The notes beneath the pieces were generated by a model that had not been told where the DNA came from, did no database searches, and saw only the letters and a program-made list of their open reading frames with translations. A stretch of 63,191 bases of DNA, counting the filler, from Theionarchaea archaeon (GTDB lineage Archaea; Methanobacteriota_B; Thermococci; Methanofastidiosales; SZ-28-30), in NCBI GenBank assembly GCA_018992565.1. It is 10 parts of 10 records of this genome, joined end to end, with 100 filler letters (N's around TTAATTAATTAA, not from the genome) between each part and the next. Parts side by side here need not be neighbours in the genome. Positions count along the whole stretch, not along the records: positions 21,221 to 34,715 come from JACVGW010000072.1; positions 34,816 to 37,928 come from JACVGW010000148.1; positions 38,029 to 51,407 come from JACVGW010000073.1; 7 more parts are not named here. The stretch is one strand, 5' to 3'. Shown here in pieces: positions 30,318 through 41,017 of this stretch (its first letter is position 1; every line of letters begins with the position of its first letter). A program made the translations under genes and the position numbers.

Positions 30318-31132
30318 TGGCAGTAAGAAGCTCCATGTGGCTGGAATACCAGATTGAGGCAAACTGGACATCACCTGTAATATTTATATTATACAACACG
30401 TTAAAACCTGTGGGGGGCTCATTGCTCCTCCTTGCCATGTATTATGTGGTCACTGGCGGGTTTCTGGGAGGTGAAAGCCTCTATTTCTTGTATATTGGCA
30501 ATGCATTCTACATGCTTGTGGCTCAAACGTTATTTAATGTGGGCTGGATCATCCACGATGACAGAGAACACTATCAGACTATGAAATACATATACATATC
30601 CCCATTGTCCTACTTCATGTATTTGATGGGGAGAAGTGCCATGAGGTTTCTCCTGAGCTTACTGCCCTTATCTGTCTTGATCTTCCTGGGTGTTTTTCTG
30701 AAGATACCATATCACATTGAGGTTCTGCTGTTACTTGGCACCTTCTTTCTGGGATGGATATTTGTCATATCATCAGGGCTTCTCCTGTCAGGGATTAACA
30801 TGCTTACAGCCCGTCACGGGAATTCAGTAGGGCAGGCCTTCTCAGGGATATTCTACCTCTTTTCGGGCGTTGTTTTTCCCATAAATGTTCTCCCAGGATG
30901 GGCAAGCAAAGCAGCCTTGGGGATGCCTTCTACGTATTGGTTCTCACTGGTGAGAAGGAGTGTCCTGGGAAAGGAAGTTGACAGTATCATGAGTGGGTTT
31001 ACCACGGGAGAAGTTGCTGTCCGGTTGATTATCATCTCAGTACTATTCTTCGTGATTTCCTATCTTACGTTCAGACTGGCTGATTACCTTGCCAGGAAAA
31101 AGGGTATCCTGGACATGACAACTACTTACTAG
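30317..31132 (+). CDS. ABC-2 type permease
   Basis: Start reassigned to MAVRSS, overlapping upstream TGA; DDREHYQT, FSGVVFPINVLP. Confidence 0.85.
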   Translation: MAVRSSMWLEYQIEANWTSPVIFILYNTLKPVGGSLLLLAMYYVVTGGFLGGESLYFLYIGNAFYMLVAQTLFNVGWIIHDDREHYQTMKYIYISPLSYFMYLMGRSAMRFLLSLLPLSVLIFLGVFLKIPYHIEVLLLLGTFFLGWIFVISSGLLLSGINMLTARHGNSVGQAFSGIFYLFSGVVFPINVLPGWASKAALGMPSTYWFSLVRRSVLGKEVDSIMSGFTTGEVAVRLIIISVLFFVISYLTFRLADYLARKKGILDMTTTY

Positions 31133-31163
31133 GGAGTCCAGGATTCTGAAAATGTGATTGAAC

Positions 31164-32276
31164 TTACCCCACCAGTGATAGTAATACACCTGCAGCAATT
31201 GCTGAACCTATGACTCCAGCAACATTGGGCCCCATAGCATGCATCAACAGGTAATTCTTGGGATTTTCCTTCAGCCCTACTTTTTGCACCACTCGTGCAG
31301 CCATGGGCACTGCAGAAACTCCTGCAGCCCCAATTAATGGATTAACCTGTCCTTTGGTGAGAGAACACATGAGCTTGCCAAATAGTACACCTGTTGCAGT
31401 TCCAAAGCAGAATGCTAGTAATCCCAGAATAATGATCTTGATAGTCCCCATTGTCAAGAACTGAGATGCCGTCATGGTGGCTCCCACTGACAATCCCAGG
31501 AATATGGTGACCAGGTTAGTCAATTCATTCTCCGATGCTTTCCACAGTCTGTTGACCACTCCTGATTCCCTGAAAAGATTCCCTATCATGAGCATACCAA
31601 TCAAAGGGGTAGCTGAAGGTAGAAGTAATGCAGTCACTATGGTAATGGCAATGGGAAATATAATCTTTGTTCTCTTGCTGACAGGCCGCAATTGAACCAT
31701 CTCAATGCTGCGTTCCCTCTTTGTGGTGAGTGCCCGCATGATAGGAGGTTGGATGATGGGAACCAAAGCCATGTACGAATAGGCAGCAACTGCGACAGGT
31801 CCCAGAAGATGAGGGGCGAGCTTGCTGGTTAAGTAGATGGCAGTTGGCCCATCAGCTCCCCCAATAATCCCGATGGAAGAAGCTTCCTGCAAGTCAAACC
31901 CAAGATATAATGCACCCAGCAATGTACCGAAAATCCCAAACTGGGCAGCAGCTCCCAGCAAGAAAGTCTTGGGGTTTGCCAGCAAAGGACCAAAGTCAGT
32001 CAAAGCTCCTACTCCAAGGAAAATCAAAGGAGGGAATATGCCATATTTGACTCCCAGATAAAAGGAATAGAGCAGCCCACCCTCTTCCATCAATCCAGCC
32101 AGCGGAATATTGGTCAGAATAGCACCGAATCCGATTGGCAGGAGAAGCAATGGCTCATATTCCCTGCTAATGGCCAGATATATGAGAATGCAGCCCACAC
32201 CAATCATTATGACGTTTCCAAGCGTCAAGTTGCTGAACCCTGTCAGCTGAAGGAACTCGCGCACTACATCTTGCAT
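31164..32276 (-). CDS. mmdB: Na+-translocating decarboxylase beta subunit
   Basis: [39 protein letters not shown]. Confidence 0.93.
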   Translation of the reverse strand: MQDVVREFLQLTGFSNLTLGNVIMIGVGCILIYLAISREYEPLLLLPIGFGAILTNIPLAGLMEEGGLLYSFYLGVKYGIFPPLIFLGVGALTDFGPLLANPKTFLLGAAAQFGIFGTLLGALYLGFDLQEASSIGIIGGADGPTAIYLTSKLAPHLLGPVAVAAYSYMALVPIIQPPIMRALTTKRERSIEMVQLRPVSKRTKIIFPIAITIVTALLLPSATPLIGMLMIGNLFRESGVVNRLWKASENELTNLVTIFLGLSVGATMTASQFLTMGTIKIIILGLLAFCFGTATGVLFGKLMCSLTKGQVNPLIGAAGVSAVPMAARVVQKVGLKENPKNYLLMHAMGPNVAGVIGSAIAAGVLLSLVG

Positions 32277-32280
32277 TGAA

Positions 32281-32703
32281 TCACCCCTGAGAAATGACTG
32301 CCAGTGGATCCCCTGTGTTCACAGCCTGTCCTTCCTTCACCAGAATTTTCTTTACAGTACCTGTGATGGGGGAAGATATCCTGTTTTCCATTTTCATGGC
32401 CTCCAGTGTGAATAGAAGATCACCTGCTGAAACCTTCTTCCCTAGTGTGACATGGACTTTGAGAATTGTTCCCGGCATGGGTGATGGTACAGACCCTAGA
32501 GAGGAGGGTTTGGACACAGGTGTGGAGGGTGACGAAACAATTGCTTGTTCCTGAGAGCGTGACTCTTTCTCTCCCTTATTGTCTTCTTCCTGGATTGAAA
32601 CCTCATATGAGACACCATCCACAGTCACTGAATAGGAGGGACCTTCTCCTTCTATTTCCACTTCGTAGGGGTTTCCTTCAATTTCGATTCTGTATTTGGT
32701 CAT
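32281..32703 (-). CDS. mmdC: Biotin carboxyl carrier (gamma) subunit
   Basis: SPMPGTI and LEAMKMEN biotinylation motif; start MTKYRI. Confidence 0.9.
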   Translation of the reverse strand: MTKYRIEIEGNPYEVEIEGEGPSYSVTVDGVSYEVSIQEEDNKGEKESRSQEQAIVSSPSTPVSKPSSLGSVPSPMPGTILKVHVTLGKKVSAGDLLFTLEAMKMENRISSPITGTVKKILVKEGQAVNTGDPLAVISQG

Positions 32704-32962
32704 AGTATAGTCTCCCTTGTTGTATCCACAGACTCTCTCTTGCTGCGTCAAAGTGAATGGAACCTTTTCTCTTTGTGTGGTAGGCTAGAGAGCAGGCTAT
32801 TGCAGCCCTTACATGTGGCTCTGGTTCGTCATGTGCAACTTGCTCTGGAGGCTCAACAGTCCTGAATATTCGTTCCAGTCCCCAGGCGATAACAGCCAAC
32901 AACCCTAGAGCCGAAAAGACAACTCCCATGCCCACAACTGTCAACATGTATCCTGATACCAT
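32678..32962 (-). CDS. mmdD: Decarboxylase membrane anchor subunit (OadG/MmdD family)
   Basis: TVVGMGVVFSAL TM, AAIACSL, W..QGR motif; operon position. Confidence 0.8.
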   Translation of the reverse strand: MVSGYMLTVVGMGVVFSALGLLAVIAWGLERIFRTVEPPEQVAHDEPEPHVRAAIACSLAYHTKRKGSIHFDAARESLWIQQGRLYYDQIQNRN

Positions 32963-32972
32963 GCACAATCAC

Positions 32973-34517
32973 CTATAACGGGATGTTCCCGTGCTTTTTC
33001 CTGGGCCTGTCTTCTCTCTTCCTGTGTAACATCTTCAGTGCCTGTATGAGATGGTATCTGGTCTTTCTGGGATCAATAACGGAATCTACGAACCCGTACC
33101 TGGCTGCTACATATGGATTTGCAGACCGTTCTCTGTATTGTCTGACTCTCTCTTCCCGTGCTTTCTCGGGATTCTTTGATTCACTGATCTCCCTCCTGTA
33201 TGCGATGTTGACAGCACCTTCAGGTCCCATAACAGCAATTTCTGCCTGTGGCCAAGCCAGTACCAGATCAGTTCCCAGCTTCTTACTACACATGCACACA
33301 TAGGCCCCCCCATATGCTTTCCTCACTATCAACGAAATCTTGGGAACACTGGCTTCCGCATAGGCATACAGCATCTTAGCACCATGACGGATGATTCCGC
33401 TATGCTCCTGGGAGACACCAGGTAGGAACCCAGGAACATCTACTATGGTTACCAGAGGAATGTTGAACGCATCACAGAATCGGATGAACCGAGCCCCCTT
33501 GTCGGACGCATCAATATCCAGACACCCGGCCAGGACGGAAGGTTGGTTAGCCACGATTCCCACTGCCTTCCCGTTGAGGCGAGCAAATCCCACCACAAGG
33601 TTCCCGGCGAATAATGCATGAACCTCCATAAACTCGCCATTGTCAACTACAGCATGGATGATGTCCTTAATATCGAAGATCTTCTGGGGATCCTCGGGGA
33701 CTACTGCCAACAGGGATTCATCTTCCCTGAAAGGAGAATCAGTAGCCTCTTTTTCTGGTGAGTCTTCCACATTATTCGAGGGCAGGTACTCCAGTAGTTC
33801 CCTCACCCGGGACAGGCACTCCTTTTCAGTTCTGAAAAAGAAGTGGGCAACACCACTGCGGGTGCTGTGGGCAGCTGCACCCCCAAGTTGTTCAGAAGTC
33901 ACTTCTTCACCTGTGACTGTTTTGGTCACATCTGGCCCGGTAATAAACATGTGAGAAACTGTGTCCACCATAAACACGAAATCAGTAATTCCAGGTGAAT
34001 AGACAGCTCCCCCTGCGCAGGGACCCAGAATAATCGAAATCTGGGGGATCACCCCTGAAGCCAGGGTATTGAGCTTGAAAATCTCGCCGTATCCTTCCAA
34101 AGAAGCCACACCCTCCTGGATGCGGGCTCCTCCTGAATCATTGATCTGTATGAAGGGTACTCCATTCTTAACAGCCAGCTCCTGGGCATAGACAATTCTT
34201 CTGGCATGCATTTCTCCTAAGGAACCTCCCATGACAGTAAAATCCTGGCTTGCAACATATACCAGTCGGCCATTAATGGTTCCACAGCCTGTTACCACGC
34301 CATCTCCCAGGAATTCTTCCTGATCTGCCACGAGATTGTAACATCCCTGGACAAGAAACATGTCGATTTCCTCGAAGCTTCCTTCGTCCAGCAGGAGCGA
34401 AATGCGCTCTCGTGCAGTCAGTTTTCCCTTCTGGTGTTGCTGCTCGATCTTTTCTCGTCCTCCACCGAGGCGAGATGCCTGCAGCTTATCCTGGAGTTCC
34501 TTCAGTTTTTTTTCCAT
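32973..34517 (-). CDS. mmdA: Acyl-CoA carboxyltransferase (methylmalonyl-CoA decarboxylase alpha)
   Basis: GKLTARERI, DSGGARIQEG, GPCAGGAVYSP, DVPGFLPG, KKHGNIPL. Confidence 0.9.
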   Translation of the reverse strand: MEKKLKELQDKLQASRLGGGREKIEQQHQKGKLTARERISLLLDEGSFEEIDMFLVQGCYNLVADQEEFLGDGVVTGCGTINGRLVYVASQDFTVMGGSLGEMHARRIVYAQELAVKNGVPFIQINDSGGARIQEGVASLEGYGEIFKLNTLASGVIPQISIILGPCAGGAVYSPGITDFVFMVDTVSHMFITGPDVTKTVTGEEVTSEQLGGAAAHSTRSGVAHFFFRTEKECLSRVRELLEYLPSNNVEDSPEKEATDSPFREDESLLAVVPEDPQKIFDIKDIIHAVVDNGEFMEVHALFAGNLVVGFARLNGKAVGIVANQPSVLAGCLDIDASDKGARFIRFCDAFNIPLVTIVDVPGFLPGVSQEHSGIIRHGAKMLYAYAEASVPKISLIVRKAYGGAYVCMCSKKLGTDLVLAWPQAEIAVMGPEGAVNIAYRREISESKNPEKAREERVRQYRERSANPYVAARYGFVDSVIDPRKTRYHLIQALKMLHRKREDRPRKKHGNIPL

Positions 34518-34903
34518 TAGAGTTCTTTTCACTAGAGCTTAAAATAACTTTCTCATGCAGTGAAGCATGAAAGCGTAAGATTCAAATAATGAACCTGACT
34601 ACCAGTAGTATGCATTTAGTAACTGCAGACGTCCTCGATGAGTATGGCCTCCCCCCCGATTTTTCTTTTATCATTGCTGACCCGGAGAACACCCGTTACG
34701 TGAGAGACCTGGCGCNNNNNNNNNNNNNNNNNNNNNNNNNNNNNNNNNNNNNNNNNNNNTTAATTAATTAANNNNNNNNNNNNNNNNNNNNNNNNNNNNN
34801 NNNNNNNNNNNNNNNTCCGCATTCACGCATGAGATCCAGGCGTTGCCCCCCTGTAGACCCCATAGGATTTTATGACTCCAATTGAACGAGTACCAGTGAT
34901 ATA

Positions 34904-36229
34904 ATGGACAGACGGCTCGTATTGATAAACCCAGTGAACCCGAAGAAACGTGGACTCACTATGAACGTGAGCTCCCGATTTCCCCCTCTGGGACTGGGAA
35001 TTGTTGCAGCACTCACGCCTTCAACCTGGGAAGTACATATCATTGATGAGAATTTTGAACCCTTCCAATATGTGGACGCGGACCTGGTAGGGTTGACAGC
35101 CTTCACTGCCTCAGCTACAAGAGCATACGAGATTGCAGGTATCTATCGTGAAAGAGGAACAAGGACAGTGCTGGGAGGAATTCATGCTTCCATGCGTCCT
35201 GAGGAAGCACTCCAGTATGTAGATACGATTGTTATTGGAGAAGCGGAGAGTGCGTGGGAGAGCGTCATCACTGACTTTGAAGCAGGCAACATGAAGAGGA
35301 TATACCAGGGAGAGAGACTTGATCCTGCTGAGATACCATTCCCTCGTCGCGAGCTCTTCCATCCAGGTTACACGTTTGGTTCGATCCAGACTGCCCGGGG
35401 ATGTCCCATGGATTGCGAATTTTGCTCTGTCACTGCTTTTAATGGGCGCACATACCGCCAGAGACCAGTAGAACGTGTACTGGATGAGCTGGAGACTATT
35501 TCACAAAAGAGAGTCTTCTTTGTGGACGATAATATTATCGGATATGGTAAAAAGGCTGAGAAACGAGCTCTTTCTCTCTTCAAGGGGATGATAGAAAGAG
35601 GAATTGAAAAAGACTGGTTCTGTCAAGCATCCATGAATGTTGGGGATAATCCAGACGTGTTGAAATATGCTGCTCTGAGTGGGTGTCGAATGGTCTTCTT
35701 GGGAGTGGAGGCAGAGTCTGCTGCTGTGCTCCACGAAGTGAATAAATCCTTGAACATACGGATGAAAGATTCATATGACGAAGTTTTCCGTCGCATCAAC
35801 AACTATGGGATTGCTGTTTTGGGAGCGTTCATCTACGGCATGGACTGTGATACTCCAGAGACGCTGCGTTATCGCACTGATTACATCCTCAAGAGTGGCG
35901 TAGATGTGATGCAGACAACCTATCTTACGCCACTTCCGGGGACTCGATTGTTTACCAGGCTACAGAATGAGAATCGCCTTCTCTACAACATGTTTCCTGA
36001 AGACTGGGATCATTACGATATGACTGAAGTCACCTTCATGCCGCAACTCATGACCCCTGAGGATCTGAAAAGTGCAATGGATGAATCTTCTTCCAGACTT
36101 TACAGCAAGACCTCCATATACCGGAAGTTCTTCAAGACCTGGCGCGCTACGAAGAGCTTCACTACTGCCATGTGGGCCTACACGTCAAACATGAACTACA
36201 GACATGTGGCGTGCACTATACCAGAATAG
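34904..36229 (+). CDS. Cobalamin-binding radical SAM protein
   Basis: PPLGL, VLGGIHAS, RGCPMDCEFC, FFVDDN, TPLPGT. Confidence 0.92.
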   Translation: MDRRLVLINPVNPKKRGLTMNVSSRFPPLGLGIVAALTPSTWEVHIIDENFEPFQYVDADLVGLTAFTASATRAYEIAGIYRERGTRTVLGGIHASMRPEEALQYVDTIVIGEAESAWESVITDFEAGNMKRIYQGERLDPAEIPFPRRELFHPGYTFGSIQTARGCPMDCEFCSVTAFNGRTYRQRPVERVLDELETISQKRVFFVDDNIIGYGKKAEKRALSLFKGMIERGIEKDWFCQASMNVGDNPDVLKYAALSGCRMVFLGVEAESAAVLHEVNKSLNIRMKDSYDEVFRRINNYGIAVLGAFIYGMDCDTPETLRYRTDYILKSGVDVMQTTYLTPLPGTRLFTRLQNENRLLYNMFPEDWDHYDMTEVTFMPQLMTPEDLKSAMDESSSRLYSKTSIYRKFFKTWRATKSFTTAMWAYTSNMNYRHVACTIPE

Positions 36230-36243
36230 GAACTCTCTGAATC

Positions 36244-36957
36244 TCAGGAAGTCTTCCTCCTCTCAATCAATTTGGCCACCAGAATACTGACCTCAAATAG
36301 AGCATACAGAGGTACCCCCACAAGAGTCTGTGATACCACAGTGGGATCAGGAGTGATAATACCTGCCACTACAAAGATGATCACTAACGCATATTTCCTT
36401 TTGGCAGCCAGGACCTCATGGGTAACCACTCCCAATTGAGTCAACACAGCAATAACCAGAGGAAACTGGAAAACTGCCCCAAAAATAAACAACATGGAGA
36501 AAACAAATGAGAGGGTATTGTCCAACCCAAAGAGAGGAGTCGACATTTTATACGAAAAAGAAAAGAAGAACCTCAGAGTCACGGGTAGTATGAGAAAATA
36601 GGCAAAACAAGCTCCTGCCAGGAACAGGAAAATAGTGGGTATCAACGCAGTGATAACCATTCTGCGTTCTTTCCCTGTGAGGCCTGGTGACACGAATGCC
36701 CACATCTCATAGATGATGAGAGGAGATGATATCACCACGCCACCATAGATGGATGCCTTAAACGTGACAAATACAGCTTCCATGGGGGAAAACGCATGCA
36801 AGGTAACAGTGATGAGGTCCTGCCTCAAGAGCTCTATCAGGCGAGGCATGAAAGGGAATAACCCAGCAGAAGAGACAACAACAGCAAGGATTATGATAAT
36901 GACTCTCTTTCGTAATTCTTCTAAATGATCAAAAAAGGATAGTTCTTTCTCAGCCAT
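36244..36957 (-). CDS. tatC: Twin-arginine translocase subunit TatC
   Basis: DHLEELRKR, FVSPGL...E, ITPDP. Confidence 0.95.
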   Translation of the reverse strand: MAEKELSFFDHLEELRKRVIIIILAVVVSSAGLFPFMPRLIELLRQDLITVTLHAFSPMEAVFVTFKASIYGGVVISSPLIIYEMWAFVSPGLTGKERRMVITALIPTIFLFLAGACFAYFLILPVTLRFFFSFSYKMSTPLFGLDNTLSFVFSMLFIFGAVFQFPLVIAVLTQLGVVTHEVLAAKRKYALVIIFVVAGIITPDPTVVSQTLVGVPLYALFEVSILVAKLIERRKTS

Positions 36958-36961
36958 TGTC

Positions 36962-37123
36962 TCAATCTTCGTCTGCTGGTTCTTCGATTTCCTTCATAGC
37001 TTTCTTGAATTCTCGCACTGATAGTCCCAGGGAACGGGCAAGTTCCGGGAGCTTGCTGGACCCAAACAGCAATAGCAGAATGATGAGAATTAAAACGATT
37101 TCCTGAGTTCCAAGTCCAAACAT
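36962..37123 (-). CDS. tatA: Twin-arginine translocase subunit TatA (53 aa)
   Basis: Not in ORF track; MFGLGTQEIVLILIILLLLFGSSKLPELARSLGLSVREFKKAM; AGGTGA RBS. Confidence 0.93.
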   Translation of the reverse strand: MFGLGTQEIVLILIILLLLFGSSKLPELARSLGLSVREFKKAMKEIEEPADED

Positions 37124-37295
37124 GTGATCACCTGTTGTAATTTTCTAGTGGAACCTTAAATAGTTTATGAGGGTGAGAGGATGAGATGTGCGAACTGGAA
37201 CGAGTATAACAGCGCATGTCCAAAAGCATGCAGGGAATGATGGAACTGAATTGAGGTCGAAAGGCTTAAATAGCCATCACTGGTAAGAGAATCAG

Positions 37296-37387
37296 GGACC
37301 CGTAGCCTAGCGGATATGGCGGCAGCCTTCTATTGTGCTACAGAAGACAGCTGCAGATCGGGGGTTCGAATCCCTCCGGGTCCGCCA
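37296..37387 (+). tRNA. tRNA-Arg(TCT) with 16-nt intron at 37/38 (37333-37348)
   Basis: Acceptor GGACCCG/CGGGTCC, anticodon stem GCAGC/GCTGC, TTCGAAT T-loop, encoded CCA; BHB helix CTTC/GAAG with two 3-nt bulges. Confidence 0.93.
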
Positions 37388-37388
37388 C

Positions 37389-37464
37389 AGCCGGGTAGGG
37401 TAGGGGACAATCCTGTGGGACTCTGGATCCTGCGACCGCGGTTCGAATCCGCGCCCGGCTACCA
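37389..37464 (+). tRNA. tRNA-Gln(CTG)
   Basis: Acceptor AGCCGGG/CCCGGCT (A1-U72), CT-CTG-GA loop, GGTTCGAATCC, encoded CCA. Confidence 0.93.
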
Positions 37465-37583
37465 TTCTCATGTGAATCCATTATCTGGATGCTGTGAGAT
37501 GGTTCACCTGACTTTTCAGAGTATCCTCCCAAAAAAAAAGAGGAAGAAGAGAGCCCCGTGTTTAAGAAGTCAAGGGAGGAGGG

Positions 37584-37688
37584 TTATGGGACTCTTGAGG
37601 ACTCAACTTCTTCCACGAACCGTTTGTTGCCAAAAAGAGTGAGCAGGAGTTTTCTCCTGCCCATATCTGTGGAAAGCTCCAAAGCCAT
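37584..37688 (-). CDS. Putative 34-aa small protein MALELSTDMGRRKLLLTLFGNKRFVEEVESSRVP
   Basis: TATA-like element upstream, AGGTG next to the start, poly-T downstream. Confidence 0.4.
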   Translation of the reverse strand: MALELSTDMGRRKLLLTLFGNKRFVEEVESSRVP

Positions 37689-37791
37689 CACCTGATTTCA
37701 GTATTTGCATAAATCATAAAAGGTTTAGGTGTGTTCAGAATCCGGCAGACTGAGACAAAAACGCTATATATACTCCACCATACCCTATATC

Positions 37792-37928
37792 ATGGACATA
37801 AAAGGAACTCTGGTTAATGTGTTCACAGGAGACATCTACCCTGTTCAGATGGAATTCTCCAGTAAGATTACTGCTGTGAGAGAAATCAATGAAGAATTGC
37901 CTGTGTACATTCTGCCAGGGTTCATAGA
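37792..37928 (+). CDS. ade: Adenine deaminase N-terminus (continues at 57761)
   Basis: [15 protein letters not shown]...YILPGFI; 37830-37928 identical to 57761-57859. Confidence 0.85.
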
Positions 37929-38295
37929 NNNNNNNNNNNNNNNNNNNNNNNNNNNNNNNNNNNNNNNNNNNNTTAATTAATTAANNNNNNNNNNNNNNNN
38001 NNNNNNNNNNNNNNNNNNNNNNNNNNNNTTTCTCAGATTTCTCCTGATCTTTTTCTTCCTTTTCGCTTCCTTTTTCACTGCGTGCCATGTATGGTAGAGG
38101 ATGTTGATGCATATAAAGGTTCTTTTGCGAACTTACGGTTTCCTTCATTTACCAGTTGCTGACAGCAAAAATCGAGGAGGATGAGACACAATCTCCTTCC
38201 TGAACCAATCACATGCTACCTCTACCCTCCCCCTCCTCGACTTTACAAATGAAAACCTTTATAATCTCACTCCAACACTGGTCACCGGTGACTCC

Positions 38296-39591
38296 ATGCG
38301 CTATATCCCAAATGTATCTGAACAGGAACTCATGCTCAACCAGATGAACATGACTATGGAGGATCTCTTCAAGGATATTCCTGACCATCTCAAAGGAGAG
38401 ATCCCACTTCAACCCCCCATGTCTGACCTGGAGGTCTCACGGAAAATTGAGGCCACAGTCCAGAAAAACAAGAACATGCTTTCATTCCTGGGATCAGGCT
38501 GCTACAACCATTATATACCTTCTCATATTAAAGAATTACTCTCCAGAAGTGAGTTTTATACTGCATATACACCATACCAGCCAGAAATATCCCAGGGAAT
38601 GCTGCAGGCTCTGTTTGAATACCAGAGCCTGATTTGTGATCTCACTGGCATGGACGTGTGCAATTCCTCCAACTATGATTGGGCAACGGCCCTGGCAGAA
38701 GCAGCCCTGCTCTGTGAGAGAAGTACAGGTTCGAAGAAATTTGTGGTACCTGATCTCCTATCCCCATTCAGAAAGAGGGTTTTGACCACACTGGCCCCTG
38801 ATCTGGAAGTAGTCACAGTATCCCATGATGAGAGGGGCCATATTGACCTGGAAGACCTCAAGGAAAAGGTCGCTCACGCAGGAGGTGTCTATGTTGAGCA
38901 GCCCTCCTTCTATGGGTTCCTGCATGAGAATTTGAGTTCAGTGGGTGACATAGTACATGATGCATCCGCCCTGTTTGCAGTTGGTGTTGATCCCATCAGT
39001 CTCGGCTGCATCAACCCAGAATCCTCAGCTGACATCATTATTGGGGATGGACAGGGACTGGGACTCCCCCAGAACTTCGGAGGGCCCCTGTTGGGAATAT
39101 TTGCCTGTAAGAAAGCACTACTGCGGAAGATGCCGGGACGGGTCATTGGCATGACAGAATCAGAATCAGGTGAGAGAGGATTTGTTATGACCTTACAGAC
39201 CCGGGAGCAGCATATCAGGAGAGAAAAAGCTACGTCCAATATCTGCACAAACCAGGCGTTGTGTGCAGTAGCAGCTGCCATGTACCTGGCCACCATGGGG
39301 AGGCAAGGCCTCAAAGAAGTGGCTGAACTCTGTATGAGAAACGCCAACTACACTATGCGTAAAATCAATGATATACCCGGATTTGAGTCACCGATTTTTA
39401 ATGCTCCCCATTTCAAAGAATTCACAGTCTGCCACCCCCAGTATAAGAACGTGCACACGCACCTGTTGCGAAATAACATCCAGGGAGGCTTCATGGTTAA
39501 TGATACTACAGCCATATACTGTGTCACAGAAATGCATTCAACCCATGATATAGATGCCCTGGTAACTGCTCTGGAGGGATTCCATGTATAG
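38296..39591 (+). CDS. gcvPA: Glycine dehydrogenase subunit 1
   Basis: FYTAYTPYQPEISQG, TREQHIRREKATSNICTNQAL. Confidence 0.96.
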   Translation: MRYIPNVSEQELMLNQMNMTMEDLFKDIPDHLKGEIPLQPPMSDLEVSRKIEATVQKNKNMLSFLGSGCYNHYIPSHIKELLSRSEFYTAYTPYQPEISQGMLQALFEYQSLICDLTGMDVCNSSNYDWATALAEAALLCERSTGSKKFVVPDLLSPFRKRVLTTLAPDLEVVTVSHDERGHIDLEDLKEKVAHAGGVYVEQPSFYGFLHENLSSVGDIVHDASALFAVGVDPISLGCINPESSADIIIGDGQGLGLPQNFGGPLLGIFACKKALLRKMPGRVIGMTESESGERGFVMTLQTREQHIRREKATSNICTNQALCAVAAAMYLATMGRQGLKEVAELCMRNANYTMRKINDIPGFESPIFNAPHFKEFTVCHPQYKNVHTHLLRNNIQGGFMVNDTTAIYCVTEMHSTHDIDALVTALEGFHV

Positions 39592-41017
39592 GCAGGCGAA
39601 ATTTTCTGAACCACTGCTGAGAGAGAAATCAGTCTCACAGAGAGTTGGTTACTCACTACCCGAGCCCTTGGGAGAGCCAGTTACTATCCCTCACTCTCTT
39701 GTGAGAAAGGAACTGCCGCTTCCCGAACTCTCTGAGGTGGACGTTGTACGCCACTTTACCAGGCTATCTGAAATGAATTTTGGAGTGGACACAGGTACCT
39801 ATCCTCTGGGGTCCTGCACCATGAAGTACAATCCCAAGATAACAGAAGAACTGTCCACACTCTTTTCAGGGTTCCACCCCCTTCAGGATGAATCTACCAT
39901 CCAGGGGTGCCTGGAAGTCCTGTATAACCTGCAGGAGTATCTCAAATTGATATCAGGAACAGCTGCTGTCACGTTACAGCCTGCAGCAGGAGCAGGAGGC
40001 GAGCTGACGGGTGCCCTCATCATTAAAGCATGCCAGAAAGGACGGACAGAAATGGTGGTCCCCGATTCTGCTCACGGGACAAACCCAGCCTCAGCCCACA
40101 TGGCAGGCTTTGATGTGGTGGAAATTCCCTCAAATGACCAGGGGACAGTGGACCTTGAAGCCTTGAAGAGTGCTGTCTCTGAAAAGACTGCAGGGTTGAT
40201 GCTTACCAACCCCAATACCCTGGGCATCTTTGAGAAGGACATCCTGCAGGTGGCTGATATTGTCCACGACGCAGGGGGACTGCTGTACTACGATGGTGCA
40301 AACCTCAATGCAATTGCCGGTATTTGTCGTCCTGGAGATATGGGATTTGATATTGTCCACTTCAATCTGCACAAGACCTTCTCAACTCCCCACGGAGGTG
40401 GAGGGCCTGGATCTGGCCCGGTAGGAGTGTGTGAAAAGCTCAAGAGCTATCTTCCTGTGCCTTTAATAGGCTTCAACGGGAAAGACTACTCCTTTGACTA
40501 TGATCTCCCCAACACTATAGGAAAGGTTCACGGGTTCTACGGCAATTTCCAGGTGGCAGTCAAGGCCTATATCTATGCTGTCATCATGGGGTCAGATATC
40601 AGGACAGCCTCCCAGATGGCTGTGTTGAACGCCAATTACCTGGCTGAAAACCTCAAGGATCACTATGAAATGCCATACCAGCCCTTGAGAAAGCACGAGA
40701 TAGTCCTGTCCTGCGAAAAGATCAAGAGAGAGACTGACTGCAGAGCGCTTGACATTGCAAAACGGCTGCTGGACTATGGGATACACGCCCCAACTATCTA
40801 CTTCCCTTTGATTGTCCACGAAGCATTGATGATCGAGCCCACAGAATCAGAATCAAAAGAAGACCTGGACACCTTCATCGAGGTCATGATAAAAATCAAG
40901 AATGAGTGCTATACCACTCCAGATATAGTGAAAGAAGCTCCTCACAACACTGCGGTAGGGCGGCTGGATGAGGTAAAAGCTGCACGAAATCCAGTTTTAG
41001 CCTGGAATCAGATCTAG
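39584..41017 (+). CDS. gcvPB: Glycine dehydrogenase subunit 2
   Basis: PLGSCTMKYNP, SAHGTNPASA, NLHKTFSTPHGGGGPG. Confidence 0.96.
   Translation: MYRQAKFSEPLLREKSVSQRVGYSLPEPLGEPVTIPHSLVRKELPLPELSEVDVVRHFTRLSEMNFGVDTGTYPLGSCTMKYNPKITEELSTLFSGFHPLQDESTIQGCLEVLYNLQEYLKLISGTAAVTLQPAAGAGGELTGALIIKACQKGRTEMVVPDSAHGTNPASAHMAGFDVVEIPSNDQGTVDLEALKSAVSEKTAGLMLTNPNTLGIFEKDILQVADIVHDAGGLLYYDGANLNAIAGICRPGDMGFDIVHFNLHKTFSTPHGGGGPGSGPVGVCEKLKSYLPVPLIGFNGKDYSFDYDLPNTIGKVHGFYGNFQVAVKAYIYAVIMGSDIRTASQMAVLNANYLAENLKDHYEMPYQPLRKHEIVLSCEKIKRETDCRALDIAKRLLDYGIHAPTIYFPLIVHEALMIEPTESESKEDLDTFIEVMIKIKNECYTTPDIVKEAPHNTAVGRLDEVKAARNPVLAWNQI

Noticed and set aside
34904..36229. B12-radical SAM as part of the RiPP cluster
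   Set aside because: Separated from the cluster by an artificial contig linker, so proximity is not evidence
37316..37642. 108-aa ORF
   Set aside because: Shadow ORF over the two tRNA genes
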